Origin: a virus
Lineage: Duplodnaviria > Caudoviricetes
Strand: one strand, 5' to 3'
IMG/VR virus record: IMGVR_UViG_3300037780_000073
Coordinates: 1-42,721 of that record
Length of the DNA: 42,721 nt
The notes under the pieces were generated by a model. That model had not been told where the DNA came from and made no database searches. It saw only the letters and a list, made by a program, of their open reading frames with translations. Shown piece after piece: positions 7,839 to 14,857 of the stretch (the first letter of the stretch is position 1; each line of letters begins with the position of its first letter). Position numbers and translations under genes: made by a program.

Positions 7839-9041
7839 ATGCGATACGGATCTGTTTGCTCTGGCATCGAAGCCGCAACCCAAGCCTGGCATCCGCTGGG
7901 ATGGTCGCCTTCGTTTTTCAGCGAGATTGACCCGTTTCCACGCGCGGTTCTGGAGCACCATTACCCGGATGTGCCCCTGCATGGTGATTTCACCACGATC
8001 GAGGACGGACAGTATGAACCAATTGACCTTCTGGTCGGAGGAACCCCCTGCCAATCATTCAGCATCGCAGGACTACGGGGCGGGCTGGGAGATGACCGCG
8101 GTAACCTGGCACTCGAATTTCTTAGGCTGGCTGACCGACTGCGGCCCCGCTGGCTGGTTTGGGAAAACGTCCCCGGCGTCCTATCCAGCCTGTCCCACGA
8201 CGCTCCCGATGCATGTCCGCCGACAATCGACCTGGACCGTGAAGACGGACCCAAAGACGGGGAAGAAATCGTGGTCACTGACGAATACGAAGCTGACGAA
8301 AACCATGCGCTCTGGTGCTTCATGGCCGGGGCCTCAGAACTCGGCTATGATGGTGGGTTCCGAGTTATTGACGCTCAGTACACCCGAACATGCAACCTCC
8401 CCTTCGCTGTCCCGCAAAGACGCCGTCGTGTGCTCTTTGTCGGATATCTTGGAGACTGGCGACGTGCCGCAGCGGTACTATTTGACCGCGACAGCCTGTC
8501 GCGGAATTCTCCGCCGCGCCGAGAAGCGGGGCAAACAGTTGCCCCCACAATTAGCGCACGCCCTACGGGAGGTGGCGGACTCGGGACCGACTTCGACCTA
8601 GATGGCGGCCTTGTCGCCAATTCTGGTGACGTCAGCTATTGCCTTGCTGCCAGCGCCCAGCAGAGCCTTGACGCCGAGACCGAGACCGAGACCCTCATTG
8701 CCGCCTTCGATTGCAAAGGGTCGGAAGTGCAGTTCGCAACAGACGGAAGCCATCCGACGCTACGATCAATGGGGCACAACAGCAGCCATCAAAACGCGGG
8801 GGGGCACGCGGCCGTAGCCACAAACTGGGCCGTGCGCCGGTTGACGCCTGTCGAATGTGAGCGCCTGCAAGGCTTCTCTGACGGCTTCACCAACGTTCCA
8901 TGGCGCGGCAAAGGCCACAGCCCCGATGGCCGCAGATACAAGGCACTCGGCAACAGCATGGCAGTCAACGTCATGCGCTGGCTGGGGGATCGCATAGAGA
9001 TCGTGGATCAAATCGCCCCAAACCAACCCCCTGCAAAATGA
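7839..9041 (+). CDS. DNA (cytosine-5) methyltransferase
   Basis: Motif I SVCSGIEA, IV GGTPCQSFS, VI ENV, VIII QRRRR, IX RRLTPVECERLQGF, X LGNS. Confidence 0.93.
   Translation: MRYGSVCSGIEAATQAWHPLGWSPSFFSEIDPFPRAVLEHHYPDVPLHGDFTTIEDGQYEPIDLLVGGTPCQSFSIAGLRGGLGDDRGNLALEFLRLADRLRPRWLVWENVPGVLSSLSHDAPDACPPTIDLDREDGPKDGEEIVVTDEYEADENHALWCFMAGASELGYDGGFRVIDAQYTRTCNLPFAVPQRRRRVLFVGYLGDWRRAAAVLFDRDSLSRNSPPRREAGQTVAPTISARPTGGGGLGTDFDLDGGLVANSGDVSYCLAASAQQSLDAETETETLIAAFDCKGSEVQFATDGSHPTLRSMGHNSSHQNAGGHAAVATNWAVRRLTPVECERLQGFSDGFTNVPWRGKGHSPDGRRYKALGNSMAVNVMRWLGDRIEIVDQIAPNQPPAK
8014..8601 (+). CDS. Overprinted +1-frame ORF (195 aa), MTase beta-subunit-like
   Basis: Own GAGGA RBS (8001-8005) and ATG; open frame with protein-like C-terminal CSLSDILE...RYYLT..ACRGILRRAEKRGK. 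Confidence 0.65.
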   Translation: MNQLTFWSEEPPANHSASQDYGAGWEMTAVTWHSNFLGWLTDCGPAGWFGKTSPASYPACPTTLPMHVRRQSTWTVKTDPKTGKKSWSLTNTKLTKTMRSGASWPGPQNSAMMVGSELLTLSTPEHATSPSLSRKDAVVCSLSDILETGDVPQRYYLTATACRGILRRAEKRGKQLPPQLAHALREVADSGPTST

Positions 9042-9051
9042 GGACGGACAA

Positions 9052-9324
9052 ATGGCAACTCTTACGCTCCCGCTGAAAGGTGAATATTTCGACCAAATCA
9101 AGAACGGGTCGAAACTGGAAGAGTACCGGCTCTGCACCCCGTTCTGGTCCAAGCGGCTCTTGGGGCGGTCGTTCAGCAAGATCGTTCTGACGCGTGGCTA
9201 TCCCAAGCGCACGGACACGGATCGGCGAATCGAACGGCCCTGGAAAGGCTGCGAGGTCAAGACCATCACCCACCCGCATTTTGGCCCCGAACCGGTGAGC
9301 GTTTTCGCCATTCGGGTGAACTGA
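9052..9324 (+). CDS. ASCH/PUA-like domain protein
   Basis: LTLPLKGEYFDQIKNGSKLEEYR (GxKxxEyR). Confidence 0.8.
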   Translation: MATLTLPLKGEYFDQIKNGSKLEEYRLCTPFWSKRLLGRSFSKIVLTRGYPKRTDTDRRIERPWKGCEVKTITHPHFGPEPVSVFAIRVN

Positions 9325-9337
9325 GAGGACTGGAAAC

Positions 9338-9586
9338 ATGACCCATTCAGGTGGATACCTGATCTTCAAAGCCGGCCGGGGATACTACCGCGCAGAGGCC
9401 AAGGGCTACACGCTGGACGTAGATGAGGCGGGACGATTTTCACACGCCGACGCGGTTGCATACTCACACCCGAACGGGCCGAAAGGGCCACGCGACGGGA
9501 TCACCTATCGACACCAAAGTGAAGTGCAAAACGGTGGCAACTGCGAGGACGAGCTGAGGATCGGCGATCTGACCGGCAAACGGTGA
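9338..9586 (+). CDS. Hypothetical protein
   Basis: YYRAEAKGYT...AGRF motif; RBS present. Confidence 0.65.
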   Translation: MTHSGGYLIFKAGRGYYRAEAKGYTLDVDEAGRFSHADAVAYSHPNGPKGPRDGITYRHQSEVQNGGNCEDELRIGDLTGKR

Positions 9587-9672
9587 GCATCGTCGTTGAA
9601 GTGGATGGCGTCGATTACATCCTGAGCATGTTGCGCATCCCGGCGCAGCGCCCACGCCCCACCACCAACTGA
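9583..9672 (+). CDS. Possible 29-aa ORF, or frameshifted tail of the upstream gene
   Basis: GTGA overlap; its TGA abuts the junction motif at 9673. Confidence 0.35.
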   Translation: MSIVVEVDGVDYILSMLRIPAQRPRPTTN

Positions 9673-9683
9673 GGACCGAAAAA

Positions 9684-9884
9684 ATGATTGACTACGCGAC
9701 CACCAAACCGGGTGACAAGCTTCGCATTACAGGCATGGGCGCGCCCGGCTTCGCCAAGCTGGGCGATATCGTGACCGTCACCAGGTGCAACGGCACGAAC
9801 AAGCTCTACGCACGCAACGACAAGGGTGATGAGGTTTTCTTCGCCCTCACCTGCGGGGCGCAGCGGCTGGAACATGTGGAGTAA
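9684..9884 (+). CDS. Hypothetical small beta-rich (SH3/KOW-like) protein
   Basis: KPGDKLRI...GDIVTV; RBS. Confidence 0.6.
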   Translation: MIDYATTKPGDKLRITGMGAPGFAKLGDIVTVTRCNGTNKLYARNDKGDEVFFALTCGAQRLEHVE

Positions 9885-9897
9885 GAGGACCGGAAAG

Positions 9898-10065
9898 ATG
9901 CACGTTTGCGACCAATGCGGCGAAGTATTTCAGGCCCCGAAAAAGATCGACTTTGCCTATTCGACCGAGACCCGCCCAGACGGCTCTAAGACCATTTTGA
10001 CGGAACCGCGCGACGTTTCTCCGTGCTGTGAGGCCGGTTTCGAGACCTTCGGCGATAACGAGTAA
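9898..10065 (+). CDS. Small Zn-finger-like protein
   Basis: CDQC...PCC; GAGGA RBS, ATG at 9898. Confidence 0.65.
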   Translation: MHVCDQCGEVFQAPKKIDFAYSTETRPDGSKTILTEPRDVSPCCEAGFETFGDNE

Positions 10066-10104
10066 GGACCCTTTTTTGTCACCCCTAACGAGGATGCACC
10101 AGTC

Positions 10105-10365
10105 ATGACCGCGCCAAACAAAGCAGCGCCTGAGCGCTATGGTAACACAAGGGTTTCGAAGATCCGCACGGCATACAATGACCTGCGATCAGCTGTGCGC
10201 AGCGGCGACTTGGTTGCGGCGCAGGGCGCGTTCGACCGGTACGAACCGTGGGCTGACTACGTTTTCGACAAGCGGCACAGCCCGGGCGCTCCACCCAAAG
10301 GGGGGGCCGCCAGCACTCAGGCACATTCAAGGACTGTCGAACGGGAGCGGGAGGTTTCGCTGTGA
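10105..10365 (+). CDS. Hypothetical protein
   Basis: GAGGA RBS; GTGA coupling with xis. Confidence 0.6.
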   Translation: MTAPNKAAPERYGNTRVSKIRTAYNDLRSAVRSGDLVAAQGAFDRYEPWADYVFDKRHSPGAPPKGGAASTQAHSRTVEREREVSL

Positions 10366-10700
10366 GCTTGCTTATCACGATTGACGAAGCCGCCGCTGAA
10401 ATCGGCGTCCCTGTGGCAAGCCTGCGTAGAGCGGCGGAGCAACATGGCTTCATTGTCCGCATCGGGCGGGCTATTCGAATTGAACGAAAGAGACTGGAGG
10501 AGCTTATCCGTAGATGCCAAGACCAGCAAAAGGCGCGCGGCTCATCAAGTATCGACACCGCGAACAGTTCTACATCGCAGACACAGGGCGTGCGCCATTC
10601 TCAACGGGCTGCACAAGCCGCTCAGAAGCTGAAAAAGCGCTCGCAGCCTACATCGCAACCAAGGGGCGGGAAGGTGCTGCCAATGAACCGGGGAACGTAA
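10362..10700 (+). CDS. xis: Excisionase-like winged-helix protein
   Basis: LITIDEAAAEIGV...RIGRAIRI; GGGAGG RBS; directly upstream of and overlapping int. Confidence 0.75.
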   Translation: MSLLITIDEAAAEIGVPVASLRRAAEQHGFIVRIGRAIRIERKRLEELIRRCQDQQKARGSSSIDTANSSTSQTQGVRHSQRAAQAAQKLKKRSQPTSQPRGGKVLPMNRGT

Positions 10701-11590
10701 CCTGCGATGAAGTCTTAGCCATCTACGCGGAAGAGCACGCGCCGACTACGGCTGATCCCGAGCGCATCGGTCACGCCATTGTGGCGCTCTTACCGTTCTG
10801 GGGGCCTCTCAAGCTGTCGCACATTCGTGCGGAAACTTGTCGCCGCTATGGCCGCACAAGAAAGCGGGCGATCGCCTGGGATGAGAATGGCGAACCTACG
10901 GAATTCAAGCCGATCTCGGATGGGTCTGTCCGCAGGGAGCTTGGGACATTGCAAGCTGCAATCAACTATGCTCACCGCGAGGGCTTCATCACAAGCGCAC
11001 CGGTCGTCACCTTGCCTGATAAGCCCGCACCGAAGGAGCGCTGGTTGACAAGGGCAGAGGCTGCAAAGTTGCTGTGGGCGGCATACCGGAACCCGAAGGC
11101 GAAACACCTCGCCCGATTCATCCTGATCGGTCTCTATACCGGCACACGCAAGGAAGCCACTCTGCGCATGAGCTTCGAGCCGAACACGTTGGGCGGCTGG
11201 TTCGACCTTGAGGGACGCGTGATGTATCGCGAGGGCCAGCAGGAGCGCAGGACGAAGAAGCGGAAGGGCAAGGCCCCGATCCCACGCCAGCTGCTCGGGC
11301 ATCTACGCAGATGGCGCGCCAACGGCGCAGTATGGGCGGTGGAGTACGATGGCGCCAGGGTCGGCAGTATCAAGCGCGCGTGGTCTACCGCTGTGCGTGA
11401 GGCTGGCATCGAGCACTGCACCCCGCACACGCTCAAGCACACTGCAATCACATGGACCATGCAAAACGGCGCAGAGATCTGGCAGGCCGCTGGGTATTTC
11501 TCAACATCGCCGGAAACCATCGAGCGCGTTTACGGGCATCATTCGCCAAGCTACCAAGCATCGGCGCTGCGGGCTATTGAGCGGGGGTGA
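10514..11590 (+). CDS. int: Tyrosine integrase
   Basis: LYTGTRK, PHTLKHT and VYGHH catalytic motifs; adjacent attP. Confidence 0.93.
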   Translation: MPRPAKGARLIKYRHREQFYIADTGRAPFSTGCTSRSEAEKALAAYIATKGREGAANEPGNVTCDEVLAIYAEEHAPTTADPERIGHAIVALLPFWGPLKLSHIRAETCRRYGRTRKRAIAWDENGEPTEFKPISDGSVRRELGTLQAAINYAHREGFITSAPVVTLPDKPAPKERWLTRAEAAKLLWAAYRNPKAKHLARFILIGLYTGTRKEATLRMSFEPNTLGGWFDLEGRVMYREGQQERRTKKRKGKAPIPRQLLGHLRRWRANGAVWAVEYDGARVGSIKRAWSTAVREAGIEHCTPHTLKHTAITWTMQNGAEIWQAAGYFSTSPETIERVYGHHSPSYQASALRAIERG

Positions 11591-11595
11591 ATCGG

Positions 11596-11820
11596 GGGTT
11601 TTCGTTACGCGTAAGCAAAACCCGCGAAAACACGAGAGACAGAACTGCGCGTAAGCATTTGAAAGTATTGGTCGGAGTGGCGAGATTCGAACTCACGACC
11701 CCTGCCTCCCGAAGACAGGGGCAGGGGCTATGTTCGCGGTTTCCCCTTTATTTGTTCTAGGTTTCGCCCAGTTTGGTGGCATTTCGAGGCGGCTGTAATC
11801 GTTACGTGTAACGAAAACCC
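11596..11820. other. attP region with inverted arm-type repeats
   Basis: GGGTTTTCGTTACGCGTAA (11596-11614) and TTACGTGTAACGAAAACCC (11802-11820) form an 18/19 inverted repeat flanking the core. Confidence 0.75.
11669..11718 (-). other. attP core = 3' half of tRNA-Pro(CGG)
   Basis: Minus strand CTGTC-TTCGGGA-GGCAG anticodon arm, GTGAG-TTCGAAT-CTCGC T-arm, CACTCCG-A-CCA end; no 5' half. Confidence 0.88.
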
Positions 11821-11833
11821 GAATCGGAACCGC

Positions 11834-12052
11834 CTACTGCGCCGGCGCCTTCCAGAAGATCCGATAGTCGCTTACCCCGACCCGGCCACATGCCTTGCAC
11901 CGGAATCGGCGCACAGCGTCTGCGATTGTGACCGGTGGGCGAGGAAGCGCGAGCAGGGCGGAGACCTGAACCTCAGACCGGTGCGAACAGCCACATTGCA
12001 CCAGGATCCAGTGATCCTTGATCACGCCCAGTTCTGTTGTTCCCGTTCTCAT
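11834..12052 (-). CDS. Small Zn-ribbon protein, probably SOS-regulated
   Basis: CGC..H and CKACG; LexA box 5 nt upstream of the ATG. Confidence 0.7.
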   Translation of the reverse strand: MRTGTTELGVIKDHWILVQCGCSHRSEVQVSALLALPRPPVTIADAVRRFRCKACGRVGVSDYRIFWKAPAQ

Positions 12053-12057
12053 GGTGA

Positions 12058-12072
12058 GAACGCATAGGGAAC
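12058..12072. promoter_or_regulatory. Alphaproteobacterial LexA box
   Basis: GAAC-GCATAGG-GAAC matches GAAC-N7-GAAC exactly. Confidence 0.7.
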
Positions 12073-12093
12073 ATTGCGCGGTAGGGGCAAGCC

Positions 12094-12381
12094 CTATGTA
12101 GGGTCGCCCTGTGTCGCTTCCTGACCAACGCGCTGGAAACCCTGACCAGCAGCGACCACACAAGCCGGACCACCTGGCGAGGTCTGCACGACAGTCCAGG
12201 AGCCGGTTTCGATGTTGGCGAAGATTTCGACCAATTGGCCGCGGTCATTGATTCCGATGTTCTGAACTGCTTCGCCGTATTTGCTGGCCAGCCGATCTGC
12301 AACGATCTCACGCGGCGCGCAGTTGGCCAATGCGGTTGAGGCCATCGCAAAGAGGGCAACAGTTGCAAAAAATGCCTTCAC
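12094..12381 (-). CDS. Secreted/periplasmic small protein
   Basis: Signal peptide ending ALA; two Cys; CAPRE...YGE...GSWT pattern. Confidence 0.75.
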   Translation of the reverse strand: MKAFFATVALFAMASTALANCAPREIVADRLASKYGEAVQNIGINDRGQLVEIFANIETGSWTVVQTSPGGPACVVAAGQGFQRVGQEATQGDPT

Positions 12382-12413
12382 GCTCTCTCACCCCCTTTCA
12401 GGTGCTGGCCGGA

Positions 12414-12617
12414 TCACCGGCAGGTTGCTGTCATTCTTGTGTCCGTCTCGGCCGTCCAGCGCAGCCAGTCGTCAGGCAACTGGTCCGCACTCAAGGGCAT
12501 GGATTGCCGGGCTTCGCCATATGAGGCGCACCCGGCGTCACCACTGACCGTCGTTGTCCCGCAGGCGCTTAACCAGGTTGTCCCGATCAGCGCCGCGCAA
12601 ATCGCTAACTGCTTCAC
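12414..12617 (-). CDS. o-spanin-like lipoprotein
   Basis: GTG start after AGGAGG; lipobox LSAC; overlaps the 3' end of the i-spanin candidate. Confidence 0.7.
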   Translation of the reverse strand: MKQLAICAALIGTTWLSACGTTTVSGDAGCASYGEARQSMPLSADQLPDDWLRWTAETDTRMTATCR

Positions 12618-12777
12618 GGCCTTCCTCCTGTCGTTTTGCGCTGTCCTCCAGCGCTTCGGTTTTCGCCTCTGCCTTGCCCTTGGCCTTCTGCGACCGGCCA
12701 AAGCCGAACAGACCGCCGACAACCGCCAGCGCGCCAATCAGCCAGGGCCACAGATCGGGGAGCAGCGCGCCCAGCAT
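12538..12777 (-). CDS. i-spanin-like protein
   Basis: N-terminal TM then charged helical region; overlapped by the lipoprotein gene. Confidence 0.7.
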   Translation of the reverse strand: MLGALLPDLWPWLIGALAVVGGLFGFGRSQKAKGKAEAKTEALEDSAKRQEEGREAVSDLRGADRDNLVKRLRDNDGQW

Positions 12778-12998
12778 CAGAGCTTCTCCTTGGCCGTCCA
12801 GCTCTGCCAGAAGCCAATCACGGCCATGATCAGGCCAACCAGCGCAGGCCAGCCCGCGGCGCTGATCAGCGACTTGAGCAAGCCCATTGGGTCGGGCGCC
12901 GACATCAGCAGAGCCAGAACGGGACCTGCTGCGGTCAGTAGATGACGCAGTTGCCCTTGGATCTTCGGGTTCTTCAGCTTTTCCATATCAAGCCTCAT
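12777..12998 (-). CDS. Putative holin (2 TM)
   Basis: GQLRHLLTAAG motif, two TM segments, directly after the endolysin. Confidence 0.65.
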   Translation of the reverse strand: MRLDMEKLKNPKIQGQLRHLLTAAGPVLALLMSAPDPMGLLKSLISAAGWPALVGLIMAVIGFWQSWTAKEKL

Positions 12999-13668
12999 TG
13001 GTTGTGGTGAGGACGCCCCCAGGCGTCACGAGGATGCGCTTGCCCGAGACGGCGATACCGGTGGGCCAGCGCGCTGAGAGCAGGCGCGACTTCGCGATGC
13101 GCGAAACCGTGACCGCGTTGGACTGATTGCCGCCAAGAACGTGAAAGTGGGTGCTGTCCTCGCCGTGGTAGAAGCCGACATGCCCCTTCCACCCTTTGCG
13201 GGAGCCGCGCCAGAACACCAAGCAGGACCCGAAAACCGGGTCGCATTCTCGCCCCCAGTTCTGCCAGTTGCGCGCCCCCAACGGGTTCTGCGGCAACATG
13301 ATCCCGGGCTGCCACTTTCGGTAACAGGTCGCGACATAGGCGCCGCACCACGGGATTTCGCGCGGGTCGATCCAAGCCACAGACCGATCAAGCCAACGGC
13401 GCAGGGCCGTGACGTTGCGCTGTTCGTGTAGCCCCCGGATCGCGGCGGCCTCGGCCATCCAGGGCAACGCCGTGCGCTCGGGCGCCGGGGACGGGAACAG
13501 CGCCGCCAACGTCAGCGGCCCGATGTATGGCCGGGGCCGGAAACCGATTGAGCGCTTGAACCGAACCACTGCGGCGTCAGTTCGGGGGCCGCGTACCCCG
13601 TCAATAGGGCCGGGGTCGAACCCAAGATCCTTCAAGCGGGCTTGGACACGGCGATAGTCGACAGTCAT
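12988..13668 (-). CDS. Endolysin: peptidoglycan-binding domain + NlpC/P60-like amidase (TIGR02594-like)
   Basis: LGFDPGPIDG.RGPRT PG-binding motif; PWCGAYV, GHVGFY, LGGNQSN. Confidence 0.9.
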   Translation of the reverse strand: MTVDYRRVQARLKDLGFDPGPIDGVRGPRTDAAVVRFKRSIGFRPRPYIGPLTLAALFPSPAPERTALPWMAEAAAIRGLHEQRNVTALRRWLDRSVAWIDPREIPWCGAYVATCYRKWQPGIMLPQNPLGARNWQNWGRECDPVFGSCLVFWRGSRKGWKGHVGFYHGEDSTHFHVLGGNQSNAVTVSRIAKSRLLSARWPTGIAVSGKRILVTPGGVLTTTNEA

Positions 13669-13787
13669 TGCGTCACCTCAAGCAGAAGAAGCGGAGAAAG
13701 AACCGCCCAGGCCAGCAGCAGCCAGAGCAGGAACGAAACGACGATGCGGGCAATGCGCCAGCGCCTGGAGCGGACCAGCCGCTTCAT
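13665..13787 (-). CDS. 40-aa basic single-TM peptide in the lysis cassette
   Basis: Read manually (MKRLVRSRRWRIARIVVSFLLWLLLAWAVLSPLLLLEVTQ); ATGA-coupled at both ends. Confidence 0.65.
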   Translation of the reverse strand: MKRLVRSRRWRIARIVVSFLLWLLLAWAVLSPLLLLEVTQ

Positions 13788-14149
13788 TTCGCACCTCCCA
13801 GCCGCTTGGACATGCGGGCTTTCACCAGGGCGCGAAGGAAGACAAAGGCGTCGTGGGCGATGTAGGCGATGCCGAAGGCCAGCAGCAGCACAACGGTCGG
13901 GTGCTGCAACTCATACCGGCTGGCGAGTTCCCCAGCTGCCAACGGGGCGCCCAGAGAGGCGACCAGCACATTGAAGACGATCAGGACGACCACTGTTCTG
14001 GGACGTCGGTTTTCAAGCTCCAGTGCGGCCAGCGCCGCACCGATCAGGGCGAACACAACGGCAGGTAGGGATAATCCCAGCTGGGCCAGCCAAGCCCCGG
14101 CCACGCCAAATGACCCCGCTGCCGCAGAGCCTATCGTTTCGATTTTCAT
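13784..14149 (-). CDS. Multi-TM holin-like membrane protein
   Basis: 3-4 hydrophobic segments, basic C-terminus, first gene of the lysis cluster. Confidence 0.65.
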   Translation of the reverse strand: MKIETIGSAAAGSFGVAGAWLAQLGLSLPAVVFALIGAALAALELENRRPRTVVVLIVFNVLVASLGAPLAAGELASRYELQHPTVVLLLAFGIAYIAHDAFVFLRALVKARMSKRLGGAK

Positions 14150-14229
14150 GAGGGTTTGCTTTCAGTAGGTCGGTTGAAATGACCGCCGGGGTATTGTGAT
14201 TATGAGGCCCGCCCGGCTCGGATATTCGC

Positions 14230-14523
14230 TCAGAATGCGTCAGCCAGTTCCTGAACGCCCGCGGGCACGTCTGGCCAGTTGCCGTCCACCTGCGCGGCGC
14301 GCATCGCGTGGATCCAGGACAGGCCTACGCGATAGACGCCCATCTGCGCCTCTGTCAGCGCTCCGGCTGCTGCCGCTGCGGCAAGGTTCATTTGGGCGGT
14401 CTGATCCACCACGGCGAAGATCCGGGCCCGGCATTCGGCTTTGCGCGCGGCGCTGGCGGCAGTCTCCTGCCGCACAGCCTTTTCTTCGGCAGTGACGATC
14501 TGGGTTAGGTCGATGTTGCTCAT
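14230..14523 (-). CDS. Tail-fibre-associated hypothetical protein
   Basis: NIDLTQIVTAEEK start and WPDVP end typical of fibre assembly proteins; ATGA coupling. Confidence 0.7.
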   Translation of the reverse strand: MSNIDLTQIVTAEEKAVRQETAASAARKAECRARIFAVVDQTAQMNLAAAAAAGALTEAQMGVYRVGLSWIHAMRAAQVDGNWPDVPAGVQELADAF

Positions 14524-14846
14524 GTTTCGGGTTCCTCTTCGGCGGTGATGGCCTGGGCATAGGGGGGCACAGGCACAGAGCCATCAGTGGCGATGGCCGG
14601 GGCCGGAAACAGTGTTTCGGTCGGCGCAGCAGGCCCATGGGGCAGGATCATGGTCAGGTGCAGCTCACCGTCGATCCGCTCCACGTCCGACCCCAGCCAA
14701 GCGCACGCAACAGCTGATCGGGGGAGCGTCGCACCTTCGGGAAGCGCAGAGAAATCGAACGGCTCACCGTTGACGGTCAGGACATCGCCATCGACGGCCA
14801 GGTCCAAGCGCTCATCACTGCGGACGGGGGAAAAGCTCAGTCTCAT
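14520..14846 (-). CDS. Tail fibre assembly-like protein
   Basis: AAGGAGG RBS before 14846; SPVRSD...NGEPFDFSALPEGATLP...LILPHG-like motif found after fibre genes. Confidence 0.75.
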   Translation of the reverse strand: MRLSFSPVRSDERLDLAVDGDVLTVNGEPFDFSALPEGATLPRSAVACAWLGSDVERIDGELHLTMILPHGPAAPTETLFPAPAIATDGSVPVPPYAQAITAEEEPET

Positions 14847-14857
14847 GGGAACCTCCT

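Larger units (their letters stand above)
6136..10071 (+). repeat. Dispersed gene-junction motif (GA)GGACCGGAAA, ~13 copies
   Basis: Copies at 6136, 6433, 6627, 6870, 7080, 7319, 7566, 7826, 9042, 9327, 9673, 9887 and 10066, each between a stop and the next start. Confidence 0.7.

Noticed and set aside
6136-10071. Classical integron attC array
   Set aside because: Junctions are mostly 10-25 nt with no attC hairpin or GTTRRRY box, and the integrase is not IntI-like; kept only as a novel motif finding
11669-11760. Complete tRNA-Pro gene
   Set aside because: The D-arm and 5' acceptor strand are absent; it is an attP core
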